Shown in pieces: positions 37,210-46,188 of a stretch of DNA of 64,000 nt (position 1 is the first letter of the stretch; each line of letters opens with the position of its first letter). Under the pieces are notes generated by a model, which was not told the DNA's origin, made no database searches, and worked only from the letters and a program-made list of their open reading frames with translations. A program made the position numbers and the translations under genes. The DNA is from Candidatus Uhrbacteria bacterium (GTDB lineage Bacteria > Patescibacteriota > Patescibacteriia > UBA9934), in contig DOZH01000008.1 in NCBI GenBank assembly GCA_003518105.1, positions 122,128-186,127 of the forward strand, written 5' to 3'.

Positions 37210-38988
37210 CTACGCTCCCAACACCGCTTTAATTCTTCTCACACCCGCTGACACCGCTTCCTCCTTAACAATCTTAAAACCGCCGAGTTCACCAGTGTGC
37301 TCAACGTGCGGGCCGCCGCAAATTTCTTTGCTGTAATCACCTACAAAGTAAACCTTAATCTTACCGCCGACGCTGGCGTACTTATCTTCAAACAAGCCGA
37401 TGGCACCGCGAGCCTTGGCTTCTTCCACGCTCAACAACTCAAACTTTACTGGCATATCCTTCTTAATCTGTTCGTTGACGATAGCCTCAACCTGGGCGAT
37501 TTGTTCAGGCGTCATCTTCTCACCATGGCTAAAATCGAACCTCATGCGTTCGGCCGTAATATTGCTCCCCTTCTGGCCGACGTGGTCACCTAGGACGTCG
37601 CGTAACGCTTGCTGCAACAAATGGGTCGCTGTATGCAACCGCGTAGTTTCCACCGAATGGTCGGCCAACCCACCAGCAAACTTCTGTTCAGCACCACTAC
37701 GAGATAAATCTTGATGTTTCTTAAACTCACCTGCAAAAACTTCACGGTCCACCTGTTGACCTTGCTCGGCCGCCAACTCCTGCGTCACCTCCAGTGGGAA
37801 ACCAAATGACTGGTATAAGTTGAAGGCATCTTCACCTGAGATACTCTTTGTCTTATCCCAAACTTTTTGAAACTCACGAAGTCCTTGCGCCAGCGTCTTT
37901 TCGAATTTCTTCGCCTCGTCGTCGATAGCCGTGGCAATCGCGGCTTTCTTTTCGACGAGCATTGGATATGATTCGCCAAGTGAGCTGACTACTTCATCGA
38001 TAACCGCAGCAATCATTTTGCTGCTTTCAATATTGAGCTTACGACCATGCCTAATTGCCCGACGAACCAAACGGCGCAAAATGTAACCCTGATCTTTATT
38101 AGCTGGCAGTACACCGTCCATCACCATGATCGACGCAGCTCGAATATGGTCCGCAATAATGCGCATCGACTTCATGGTCTCAGCGTCCGCGGCATATGCC
38201 TTACTAGACAGTTCTTCCAACTTCTTTAGAATATCAACGAACAATTCGGTTTGATAAACATTTGACCTGTGTTGCAAGGCCACAATCGTCCGCTCCAGGC
38301 CCATGCCAGTGTCCACGCTGCCTTTGGCGAAAGGTAAGAGTGTGCCGTCCTCCTGCTTATTGAACTGCATGAAAACGTTGTTCCAAATTTCCATCCAGCG
38401 TTTATCCGTTGGGTCGTAGACGGCAGGTGGCTCTTCCGCACTCGTCCAATAGAAGATTTCTGTGTCAGGGCCGCACGGTCCGGTTTTTCCGGCTGGTCCC
38501 CACCAGTTGTCCTCTTTGCCGAGTTTAGCGATGCGTTCTGGGGCGATGCCGAGACCTAGCCACTTGTCGTAAGCCTCTTGGTCAAACGGGGCGTTGGCGT
38601 CGCCTTCAAAAACGGTGAACGATAGATGCGAGAGTGGAATGTTCAACCACTCCGCCGAGGTTAGAAACTCATAACTCCAACTGATGGATTCTTGCTTGAA
38701 ATAATCGGCTAGCGACCAGTTGCCGAGCATGGTGAAAAAGGTGAGGTGCGTGTTATCGCCCACGTCGTCAATATCACCAGTGCGAATACAGCGCTGAAAG
38801 TCCACCAGGCGTTTGCCAGCTGGATGCGGTTCACCAAGTAAATACGGCACCAAGGGATGCATACCAGCAGTAGTAAACAAAACTGTTGGGTCATTCACCG
38901 GGACCACGGAGGCTGATTGAATTTCGGCGTGCCCCTTACTCTTAAAGAAATCTAGGTATTTTTGACGCAATTGATTGGCGGTAATCAT
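37210..38988 (-). CDS. alaS: alanyl-tRNA synthetase, short form (592 aa) lacking the C-terminal C-Ala domain
   Basis: Class II catalytic core (FTTAGMHP, GDIDDVGDNTHLTFFTMLGNWS) and editing-domain motifs (HTATHLL, CGGPHV). Confidence 0.9.
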   Translation of the reverse strand: MITANQLRQKYLDFFKSKGHAEIQSASVVPVNDPTVLFTTAGMHPLVPYLLGEPHPAGKRLVDFQRCIRTGDIDDVGDNTHLTFFTMLGNWSLADYFKQESISWSYEFLTSAEWLNIPLSHLSFTVFEGDANAPFDQEAYDKWLGLGIAPERIAKLGKEDNWWGPAGKTGPCGPDTEIFYWTSAEEPPAVYDPTDKRWMEIWNNVFMQFNKQEDGTLLPFAKGSVDTGMGLERTIVALQHRSNVYQTELFVDILKKLEELSSKAYAADAETMKSMRIIADHIRAASIMVMDGVLPANKDQGYILRRLVRRAIRHGRKLNIESSKMIAAVIDEVVSSLGESYPMLVEKKAAIATAIDDEAKKFEKTLAQGLREFQKVWDKTKSISGEDAFNLYQSFGFPLEVTQELAAEQGQQVDREVFAGEFKKHQDLSRSGAEQKFAGGLADHSVETTRLHTATHLLQQALRDVLGDHVGQKGSNITAERMRFDFSHGEKMTPEQIAQVEAIVNEQIKKDMPVKFELLSVEEAKARGAIGLFEDKYASVGGKIKVYFVGDYSKEICGGPHVEHTGELGGFKIVKEEAVSAGVRRIKAVLGA

Positions 38989-39014
38989 AGTGCACCGATT
39001 GTAGCTGAGCCAGG

Positions 39015-39048
39015 AAAAAAAGTCGACGCCCCCAGCTACGGGAGCGTC
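39015..39048 (-). terminator. rho-independent terminator of the upstream minus-strand gene, abutting its stop codon
   Basis: On the minus strand, a 9-bp stem GACGCUCCC/GGGGGCGUC with a 6-nt loop, followed by U7. Confidence 0.5.
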
Positions 39049-39555
39049 TCACGGGTCTAGCGGCTTGACGGGCAAATGCAGTTCAGGAATCGGCTCTGGG
39101 TGCGGGGCTGGCTGGCCAGTTGCCAAACGTTCCAGATACTCTTTTTCCTCCAAAATCCACGGAGGATGATCGCCTGGCAGCAGAACCTGAGCGGGCGGTC
39201 CCAAATAGCCCAACTCTTTTCCATCGTCGAGCTGATGAACAGGCGAGTTATCGTCGTTGTGCTCAACAAAGACTCGTGATGGCGGCGCACCATTTGAAAA
39301 AGTTTCTGCTGTCATGCGAGGCAATGCACGACGCTCGACTGGCAGACGAGAAATAATTTCAATTGGCGGCCGAGGCTCCACGTAGTTATCCGTGAGTTCC
39401 TCAAGCTCGTCTTGCTGCCTTACCGGTGTGGGCAACCTAGAAATTCGCGGTACGGCACGGTTGAGACGCCACAAGCGATAACCCTCTGCTCCCAGCGCCA
39501 ACCACATCATGATGGCCGGCCCGAGGCAGCAGCAATCAACGTAATAGTGGGACAT
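39049..39555 (-). CDS. hypothetical Pro-rich protein with an N-terminal hydrophobic segment (168 aa)
   Basis: ORF track entry. Confidence 0.4.
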   Translation of the reverse strand: MSHYYVDCCCLGPAIMMWLALGAEGYRLWRLNRAVPRISRLPTPVRQQDELEELTDNYVEPRPPIEIISRLPVERRALPRMTAETFSNGAPPSRVFVEHNDDNSPVHQLDDGKELGYLGPPAQVLLPGDHPPWILEEKEYLERLATGQPAPHPEPIPELHLPVKPLDP

Positions 39556-39599
39556 AGCCCCTCCAGGAGTGGCTACAAACTAGCAGATTATAGGAGCCT

Positions 39600-40265
39600 T
39601 TACAATCCTTGGTCCCAAGTGACCTGGCCGTCGCCGGTAATATCGACCGTGGCACCTTCATACTCTGGCAAGGCTCCGAGCAACACGTCAACATACGCTT
39701 TAACCACAGCAAACCGCTCACGCAGCGCAAACTGCTCGTCTTTACCATAAGGCTGACGTTCCGCCGCCACGCCATAAGCATCTAGGCCGAGAGCCTGGCC
39801 AATATAGAGCGCTCGTGGCAGATGGAACGTTTGGCTAGAAACTATAGCCGACGTCACACCAAAAATATTACGCGCCCGGTACATCGTGTCGTAAGTATCA
39901 AAACCAGCATGGTCCAAAAATATATCTTGCGGAGCCACACCAAGCGTCAACAAATAGCGGCGCATCGCATTCACTTCATCATAGTCTGGGCTACCGTGAT
40001 CGCCAGAAACAATAATCTTCGGCGCCTTTCCCGCCGCATACAACTCGTCAGCCATAAGCAAACGATCTTTCAAAACATCGGAAGGTTGACCGCTTGGCAA
40101 AACGCTGGCGCCGGGTACGATGATGACTTGTGCGACTGGCACAGTGTCGACGGTCAAAATTCGACTAGCCAATGAACCAATAGCTGCCTGTGCACTAAAA
40201 AACAAGGCGATAGCTAAACCAACCACTATCACCACGCCACCCCAAATTAATCTAGCTAATCTCAT
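39600..40265 (-). CDS. SanA/YdcF (DUF218) family protein
   Basis: N-terminal transmembrane anchor, then the IIVPGASV...DRL...KIIVSGDHG...E...MRRYL pattern typical of the DUF218/ElyC/SanA family. Confidence 0.65.
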   Translation of the reverse strand: MRLARLIWGGVVIVVGLAIALFFSAQAAIGSLASRILTVDTVPVAQVIIVPGASVLPSGQPSDVLKDRLLMADELYAAGKAPKIIVSGDHGSPDYDEVNAMRRYLLTLGVAPQDIFLDHAGFDTYDTMYRARNIFGVTSAIVSSQTFHLPRALYIGQALGLDAYGVAAERQPYGKDEQFALRERFAVVKAYVDVLLGALPEYEGATVDITGDGQVTWDQGL

Positions 40266-41872
40266 AAGCCGGTGCTCATCTCAGTTGGCCGAGCCGACTT
40301 CAGAAGCTTACGCTTAAGTCCATAAATAACCGCGAGCATTTCAGGACTCCCGACGGCAAAAGCTACCAGGCAGTAAACCAGCAAACCAGCGCCACCTGCA
40401 ATCGCCGTCTGCAAAGCCACGTTTCCTAAAGTATCAAGCTCCCAAACTGCCGAAAAAGCATACTTGACCAACTGCATCGCCGCAGCCGCTGTCCCACCTG
40501 CCAATAATAACAAGGCTGCCGACCAAGCAATTTTGCGTTCGTCGAGGTTCCCGAGGCGACGATGCAGCAACACCCACAGCACGGTGGCTTGAAAAATTGC
40601 CGTCAAAGTAAAACTCAAACCCAGTCCGGTCACGCCCATGCTAGAAGTAAAGAACCAAGCTCCAACTCCATTCAACAAAGCCGAACCGAGGCCGACAACA
40701 AATGGCGTAACGGTGTCCTCATGAGCAAAATAAGCACGAACAAGAACGTAAACAAGTGACTGAGCCAAAAAGCTGATAGCAAAAAACCCGAGGATGTTAG
40801 CCGTCGTGATGGTCGCCGCCCAATCGAAGCTGGCCGAGCCGTAGAGAATACGGACAATTTGGGCGCGCAATAATAATGTAACCGCCGTAATCGGAATAAT
40901 AAAAAACATTACCTGACGCACCGTATCCGAAAATGAGCGGCGGAAAGATTCCTTATCATTCTTATTAGCAAAGTCACAGAAAGTTGGGTAGGCAGCAATG
41001 GCATAGGACACCGCGAAGACACCAATCGGAAAATAGTTTAGAGCATAAGAAATGTTAAGTAGCGTCGCCGAACCAGCCACCAAGGACGACGCCAGAATAT
41101 CCATCACCAAGAAGTTAACTTGGTTAATGGCCAAACCCATTACGCGCGGCCCCATCTGTTTGAGCGAATGCCAAACGTCCGACTCCTTCCAGAATTTAAC
41201 AAAAGCAAACCTATAGCCCAAGCCAAAGACGCCGACCAACTGAATGGCCGCGTGCAACAAAGCCCCAAAAACAGTGCCGTATGCCAGGCCAAGCGGACCA
41301 AAAATTGGCACAAAGAAAATAGCGCCAAATATGATACCCAAGTTGTTGACGATCGGCGCCAATGAATAAAGGAAGAAGCGTTTGGCTCCCTGCAAGACGG
41401 ATCCAAAGACCATGGAAATACTGAAGAAAGCCTGACCAATAAACATGATCCGCATCATCTTCACCATCAGCGCCCGCGTTTCCGGTGGAAAGTTAATGCC
41501 AAGCGGGATAGCTAAAAGCGGCGCAAATATTTCCCCAAGAATAGCTAAGCCAAGAAAACCAATCACTAACGTCACCAACATGGCATTAGTGTACTTCCAC
41601 GCTTTCTCCTCGTTATGTGCAAAGTAGTAACGTGAGAAAATTGTGATGAAGCTAGCGGACAAGGCACCAATGACGAACAGTTGCAGGATTATATCGGGAA
41701 TACGCAACGCCTGGTAGTAAGCGTCGGTAATCTGATCGTGGCCATAAAAAAGGTGCAGCAGAATACGATCACGCACAAAACCAGCCACGCGCGAAGCAAT
41801 CGAGAAAACACCGACAATTATGGCTGCACTAGCAATCGTCGGCGAGGCACTGTTAAAGAGTTTTTTAATCAT
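40262..41872 (-). CDS. murJ: lipid II flippase MurJ (536 aa)
   Basis: MurJ/MviN N-terminus (SRVAGFVRDRILLHLFG..TDAYYQALRIPDI) and about 14 transmembrane helices. Confidence 0.9.
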   Translation of the reverse strand: MIKKLFNSASPTIASAAIIVGVFSIASRVAGFVRDRILLHLFYGHDQITDAYYQALRIPDIILQLFVIGALSASFITIFSRYYFAHNEEKAWKYTNAMLVTLVIGFLGLAILGEIFAPLLAIPLGINFPPETRALMVKMMRIMFIGQAFFSISMVFGSVLQGAKRFFLYSLAPIVNNLGIIFGAIFFVPIFGPLGLAYGTVFGALLHAAIQLVGVFGLGYRFAFVKFWKESDVWHSLKQMGPRVMGLAINQVNFLVMDILASSLVAGSATLLNISYALNYFPIGVFAVSYAIAAYPTFCDFANKNDKESFRRSFSDTVRQVMFFIIPITAVTLLLRAQIVRILYGSASFDWAATITTANILGFFAISFLAQSLVYVLVRAYFAHEDTVTPFVVGLGSALLNGVGAWFFTSSMGVTGLGLSFTLTAIFQATVLWVLLHRRLGNLDERKIAWSAALLLLAGGTAAAAMQLVKYAFSAVWELDTLGNVALQTAIAGGAGLLVYCLVAFAVGSPEMLAVIYGLKRKLLKSARPTEMSTGL

Positions 41873-42825
41873 AGTTCGCTCTCAACTGAAGCACGGCTGG
41901 CTTTACGACGAACCACAATAACGCTCAACAAGATGCCAATGGCCAGCAAACCGAGCACAATTAGCAAAACTTGCACGGCGGGATTGGTCAGTTGCCAGAA
42001 TGATTCAGTCGAATCATCGGCGGTTGGCTCTGCAGCTATAACGTTGTCAAAAATGCCATATGCTTTATCGGGCCACACCGTGCCGTCTGGAGCGTTCGAC
42101 GAAATTGTGTTCACAGCCGTAGTCGTCGCATTAGCAACAGGCGAGTTCGTGGTTGAGCTAGCCAATGGAATAGAGCTGGGGCTAGCAGCATCGGGAGCAG
42201 TCACCGTGGCCACCGAAGTCTTAGCCGGGGCAACTGCCACCGTCTTAGCAGGAATAGTTGGAGCTGGTGTTGGGGCTGGGGGTGGCGTCACTATAGCTGG
42301 CTTCGGGGTATTGTCGACGCTATCGCAAACATCACCAATACCGTCGTAATCAAGGTCCGCTTGGTCGGCGTTAGCATTATCACGACAGTTGTCCGAAGCG
42401 TCGAGAATACCGTCTTTGTCCGCATCGAGAATCGCCGTATACAGCACCGTCATGGCTGAATCATTGTTCGAGTTTTGATCGGCTGGATTAGAGCCAGCTA
42501 GCACGGCGTAAATATTGAACGAGCTATCAGGTACTAAAAAGTCAACAAAAACTTCCTCTGGCGCACCATCAGCTCGCAATGACACAGGTTGTGTCGCACC
42601 AATAATTTTCGAACCATTATAAAAAACTACGCTAGCCTGCACGTCCACATCCCCAATATTGCGTACTCGAGCATAAATGCGAACTGTATCGCCACTATAA
42701 AATTTGGCGGTGGAAAAAGTAATTGAACCGTTGTCGATCGCAAGGTCGGCCGTAGCTGCCTGCGCCAAACATGGCAGCCATAAACTCACCCCAACAATTA
42801 CTCCTAATAGCCAATTATTTTTCAT
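41869..42825 (-). CDS. cell-surface protein: signal peptide, CARDB-like Ig domain, thrombospondin type-3-like Asp-rich calcium-binding repeats, Pro/Thr/Ala-rich stalk, C-terminal transmembrane anchor
   Basis: RNIGDVDVQASVVFYNG is CARDB-like. DKDGILDASDNCRDNANADQADLDYDGIGDVCD is TSP3-like. The C-terminus is LLIVLGLLAIGILLSVIVVRRKASR. There is a 4-nt overlap with the murJ stop. Confidence 0.55.
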   Translation of the reverse strand: MKNNWLLGVIVGVSLWLPCLAQAATADLAIDNGSITFSTAKFYSGDTVRIYARVRNIGDVDVQASVVFYNGSKIIGATQPVSLRADGAPEEVFVDFLVPDSSFNIYAVLAGSNPADQNSNNDSAMTVLYTAILDADKDGILDASDNCRDNANADQADLDYDGIGDVCDSVDNTPKPAIVTPPPAPTPAPTIPAKTVAVAPAKTSVATVTAPDAASPSSIPLASSTTNSPVANATTTAVNTISSNAPDGTVWPDKAYGIFDNVIAAEPTADDSTESFWQLTNPAVQVLLIVLGLLAIGILLSVIVVRRKASRASVESEL

Positions 42826-42837
42826 ATAACTCTCATT

Positions 42838-43422
42838 CTAACCCGCCCTCGTATCTCGTAACTTCCCATGCACCACTCCGCTAATCCAATACTCGCGAGC
42901 AATGTCTGGGTGAATATGCAAGCGCAAACGGTAGCTTGGATGCACGCGGACGGTGACGTTGGTGAGTAACGCTGGTTGCTCACCAATAATTTCTATTTCC
43001 ACAATCTTACCGTTCTGGAGACGCAGACTGACGGCTTCCGTTTCCGAACAGTGTAAGTGCGCTTGTGGAATAATCACACTCGCCTCCGCCTCAACCTCCC
43101 CAGCCGGACCAACCAGACGACAAGTAGCGGCCTGACTGACCTCGCCGGAGCGGGCGATTGGCGCGTTGAGACCAAGCAAGGCAGCCTCAGTCGGCGTCAA
43201 CTCAACCTGTGTAAACTTACGGTGTGGGCCAAGAACACGGAGCGTAACTGAGCGTTTGAGCTTGCCGAATACTTGGAGCGACTCAGCATAAGCAAACTGC
43301 CCACTCTGCGCCAAAGCGTGAGTAATAGTGGCGGCCTGGCCAACGCCAAACAACTTAGCCTGATGCTCCTCAGACAAATGAATGTGGGAGGGAATGATTT
43401 CGATCGGGATAGGACGAGACAT
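42838..43422 (-). CDS. PduL/EutD-type phosphate acyltransferase-like protein (194 aa)
   Basis: Two internal repeats carrying IPS/QAH[IL]H..SE-type motifs (IPIEIIPSHIHLSEEHQAKLFG; VIIPQAHLHCSETEAVSL), as in PduL. Confidence 0.55.
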   Translation of the reverse strand: MSRPIPIEIIPSHIHLSEEHQAKLFGVGQAATITHALAQSGQFAYAESLQVFGKLKRSVTLRVLGPHRKFTQVELTPTEAALLGLNAPIARSGEVSQAATCRLVGPAGEVEAEASVIIPQAHLHCSETEAVSLRLQNGKIVEIEIIGEQPALLTNVTVRVHPSYRLRLHIHPDIAREYWISGVVHGKLRDTRAG

Positions 43423-43440
43423 GAGAGTATTGTATCACAA

Positions 43441-44163
43441 TCATCTAACACGTTTCACCTTGTCGTAAGCTTGGCCATATGACGGCCGCTTAATCGAGCC
43501 AAAAAGCATAATATAAGGCTCCGCCAAACCATTCACCAGCAAAAAACGCAAGCGCCCAATCTTCTCTTGCCGACGCATGGTAATGCCGACTTTCACACTA
43601 TTCAGCACACCAAACTTGTAACCAGCATCCCGTACACGCAAGCCGTAGTCATGGTCTTCCGCAAACGTCACCGCCGGATCAAAACCCCCAATCTCATTAT
43701 GCACCTTCCGCCACACCATCATCATCGTGCCGATCGGGTGTGGATGACGCGCGCCCCACAGCCGCACGTAGCTATTATAAAATTTAAACGACGCCTGGTC
43801 GAGCATAGTGCCACCTTTAACGGCCACATCACAAGTCACCAAATCGAGCTTGCTAACGATGAACTCGTCCACCGCCTTCGCCAACCAGTCACGCCCCTCA
43901 ATAAGCGCATCCGCATCCAGAAACAAAATAATTTCCGCCGTCGACGCTTTAACGCCAGCATTACGGCCAACCGCGGCAATACCGCCGTGCACCACCTTCA
44001 CACCCTCAAACCCCAAGGCTATCTCCCGCGTGCCGTCCGTACTCCCAGCGTCAGCCACCACAATCTCGTCCGGTATTCTCGTTTGCCCCAAAAGAGCCAC
44101 CAACAACGCCGGCAAATACTTCACTTCATTTTTAGTAGGAATGACGACGGCGACGTGTAGCAT
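43441..44163 (-). CDS. family 2 glycosyltransferase (dolichyl/polyprenyl-phosphate sugar transferase-like)
   Basis: VVIPTKNEVKYLPALL..EIVVADAGSTDGT..FLDADA. The start at 44163 (MLHVAVV) was preferred over the ORF-track 44232. Confidence 0.75.
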   Translation of the reverse strand: MLHVAVVIPTKNEVKYLPALLVALLGQTRIPDEIVVADAGSTDGTREIALGFEGVKVVHGGIAAVGRNAGVKASTAEIILFLDADALIEGRDWLAKAVDEFIVSKLDLVTCDVAVKGGTMLDQASFKFYNSYVRLWGARHPHPIGTMMMVWRKVHNEIGGFDPAVTFAEDHDYGLRVRDAGYKFGVLNSVKVGITMRRQEKIGRLRFLLVNGLAEPYIMLFGSIKRPSYGQAYDKVKRVR

Positions 44164-44245
44164 AGTTGGGAGTATTATAGCAAACTTATAACTCTTTGAC
44201 ACATTCGGCCTCACATGCGAACATTCCGCCACCCAGGAGCCTCAC

Positions 44246-44818
44246 ATGACCGTTTTCCTTCTTCCCTTCCTCGCTCTCTTCACCACCAGTGCCGCAGCTG
44301 GCACTTCCGCCCAGATCAACGTCAAGGCCGCCGGCAGCGCCAAGCTCGTCGACAAGATTGACCTCGGCGTGTTCGCCAACGCCATGCTCTTGCCCGGCAC
44401 CACGGCCTACTACTGCGCCTACGCTGGCCCAGGCTTTCAACTCACCCCTTGGTGGTGGACCAGCCCCCGTGGTGGCGTCATCCTCAACTGGCCGAGCACC
44501 GGCCAGGCCTCGCCCATCGCGTCACTCTGGAACTACGTCACATTCTACGGCGGCGACCTCTCGCTCTTCCTCGAGACGGAAGTGTACGCCCGGCCCGGCG
44601 GTGGCGTCGACTACTTCGGCTTCTATCAGCTGGACTACCACTTCAAGGCCCTGAGCCTCGGCTTGCTCGGCGAGCAACTCAACACCGGCGTCACCGCTGG
44701 CCCAGTGGTCACCTACGCCTTCAACGAGCATCTCTCCTCCGGCGTCGAGTACCACTTCAACCCCGTGGACCTCGCCAACCAGACCATCCGCTTCAACCTC
44801 TCACTCAAGTTCAACTGA
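44246..44818 (+). CDS. GC-rich orphan secreted protein (190 aa, beta-strand-rich)
   Basis: AGGAG lies 6 nt upstream of the ATG, and a signal peptide is present. Codons end overwhelmingly in C/G, unlike the neighbours, so every other frame is also open here. Confidence 0.55.
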   Translation: MTVFLLPFLALFTTSAAAGTSAQINVKAAGSAKLVDKIDLGVFANAMLLPGTTAYYCAYAGPGFQLTPWWWTSPRGGVILNWPSTGQASPIASLWNYVTFYGGDLSLFLETEVYARPGGGVDYFGFYQLDYHFKALSLGLLGEQLNTGVTAGPVVTYAFNEHLSSGVEYHFNPVDLANQTIRFNLSLKFN

Positions 44819-44947
44819 CACCTCATCACCTCGTACTCTCCCCTCGCCGCCCTGAAGCCCTCGTGCTTCACGGGCGGCTTCTTCATTTCACTACCAAACA
44901 TATGCTTCGCACTGACAGTGCCTAACAACGCCAACAAAAATTAAATA

Positions 44948-45535
44948 TTAATGATGTTTCAACTGTTTTCTGCGGATAATTATAAAAAGACTAAACATTG
45001 AGTTCGCTAAGACCCAAGTAACTGGGTATAAAAGTGTGAGAATATTAAATTGCTGTAAGGCGGCAATGCTCAAACCATGACGAATAGCGGTCAATTCCCA
45101 AGTAAATAAACCTTCCTCATAAGGCTTATTCCATGATTTACGAATAGTAGGAGCAAAGCCCATTAAGTCAGTTGTCACCAACAGGATGATCGACCAGACC
45201 GGCTGTTTTACTACCAACCATAAGAATAATGCTACGAAACCAACGAGCAAGAATATTATATCAAGAAGTGTGATATGTTTTTCTCCATATTTTATCGATA
45301 AGAAAAAAATGAAGGCACAAATAGCACTCACTACAAAAGTGATCCAAGCACCCACGCCAGCCCCTCCATAAACTTGCAAACCCCAAGTAATAAAGCTCGC
45401 CACCGTCCAAATTAAGAAGGTGAAAGCATGAGGTTTAATTTTATGAGATAATATTCCCTTAACATAAATACCATAGCCCCCAAAAGTGAGAGCTACAGCT
45501 ACAATGCTGACAATAATCTTATAGGTTGGAATCAT
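44948..45535 (-). CDS. hypothetical integral membrane protein (195 aa, about 6 transmembrane helices), AT-rich
   Basis: ORF track entry. Confidence 0.5.
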   Translation of the reverse strand: MIPTYKIIVSIVAVALTFGGYGIYVKGILSHKIKPHAFTFLIWTVASFITWGLQVYGGAGVGAWITFVVSAICAFIFFLSIKYGEKHITLLDIIFLLVGFVALFLWLVVKQPVWSIILLVTTDLMGFAPTIRKSWNKPYEEGLFTWELTAIRHGLSIAALQQFNILTLLYPVTWVLANSMFSLFIIIRRKQLKHH

Positions 45536-45563
45536 AATTCTTTAGTAGTATACACAATCTAAC

Positions 45564-45588
45564 AAAAAAGGCTCGGTCAAGCCGAGTC
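45564..45588 (-). terminator. rho-independent terminator downstream of tRNA-Arg
   Basis: On the minus strand, the stem CUCGGC/GCCGAG with a UUGA loop, followed by CCUUUUUU. Confidence 0.5.
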
Positions 45589-45593
45589 TCTCT

Positions 45594-45670
45594 TGGTGTA
45601 TCTGAGCGGATTCGAACCGCTGACCTTCTCCTTCGGAGGGAGACACTCTATCCAGCTGAGCTACAGATAC
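45594..45670 (-). tRNA. tRNA-Arg (anticodon CCG), 77 nt including an encoded CCA
   Basis: Manual cloverleaf: acceptor stem GTATCTG/CAGATAC, D arm GCTC-AGCTGGATA-GAGT, anticodon loop CTCCGAA, T arm AGCGG-TTCGAAT-CCGCT, then A and CCA. Confidence 0.9.
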
Positions 45671-46105
45671 CTACTTTTTTGTTAACACATACATCGCAAT
45701 CCCCGATGCCACTGAAACATTCAGCGACTGCTTCTTACCCATCGGAATAACCACCAAGCCATCGAGTAATTGCCGAGTCTCAGCGTCGATTCCCGCCACT
45801 TCATTGCCAAGAACGAGAGCAATGCGAGCCTCGTCGATGAGGGCAATGTCCACGGCCTCCTCCCCCGTCTCCAAACCGAGCACAGTGTAACCCGCTTGTC
45901 GGCACTCGTCGATGGCGGCGGTGACGTCGGTCTTAGCCCAGTCAACCAAAAGCTCAGCGCCCAGGGCCACTTTAGCAATTTCCTTGCGGGGTGGCGTCTC
46001 CGTAAAGCCCGTTAAATATAGCTTTTCCACGTTAAAAGCGGCCGCATTGCGAAAGATACTGCCAACGTTGTGGAGACTGCGAATGTCGTGAGCAATGATA
46101 ATCAT
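45671..46105 (-). CDS. SpoU/TrmH-family RNA 2'-O-methyltransferase (small, TrmL-like, 144 aa)
   Basis: SPOUT fold motifs (LVLGNEVAGID, IPMGKKQSLNVSVASGIAMY). Its stop abuts the tRNA-Arg 5' end. Confidence 0.75.
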   Translation of the reverse strand: MIIIAHDIRSLHNVGSIFRNAAAFNVEKLYLTGFTETPPRKEIAKVALGAELLVDWAKTDVTAAIDECRQAGYTVLGLETGEEAVDIALIDEARIALVLGNEVAGIDAETRQLLDGLVVIPMGKKQSLNVSVASGIAMYVLTKK

Positions 46106-46188
46106 AGCCCGAGGAGCATACTAGGATTAGCCAAAAACGACAATTCGTGTAATACTCGCGCCAAATTAACCGGTAATCTCAATTCAAT

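Noticed and set aside
44289-44925. Long ORFs (121-158 aa) in alternative frames and on the opposite strand over the GC-rich gene
   Set aside because: They are a by-product of the extreme C/G-ending codon bias of the 44246-44818 gene. Only that frame has an RBS, an ATG, a signal peptide and a non-repetitive product.
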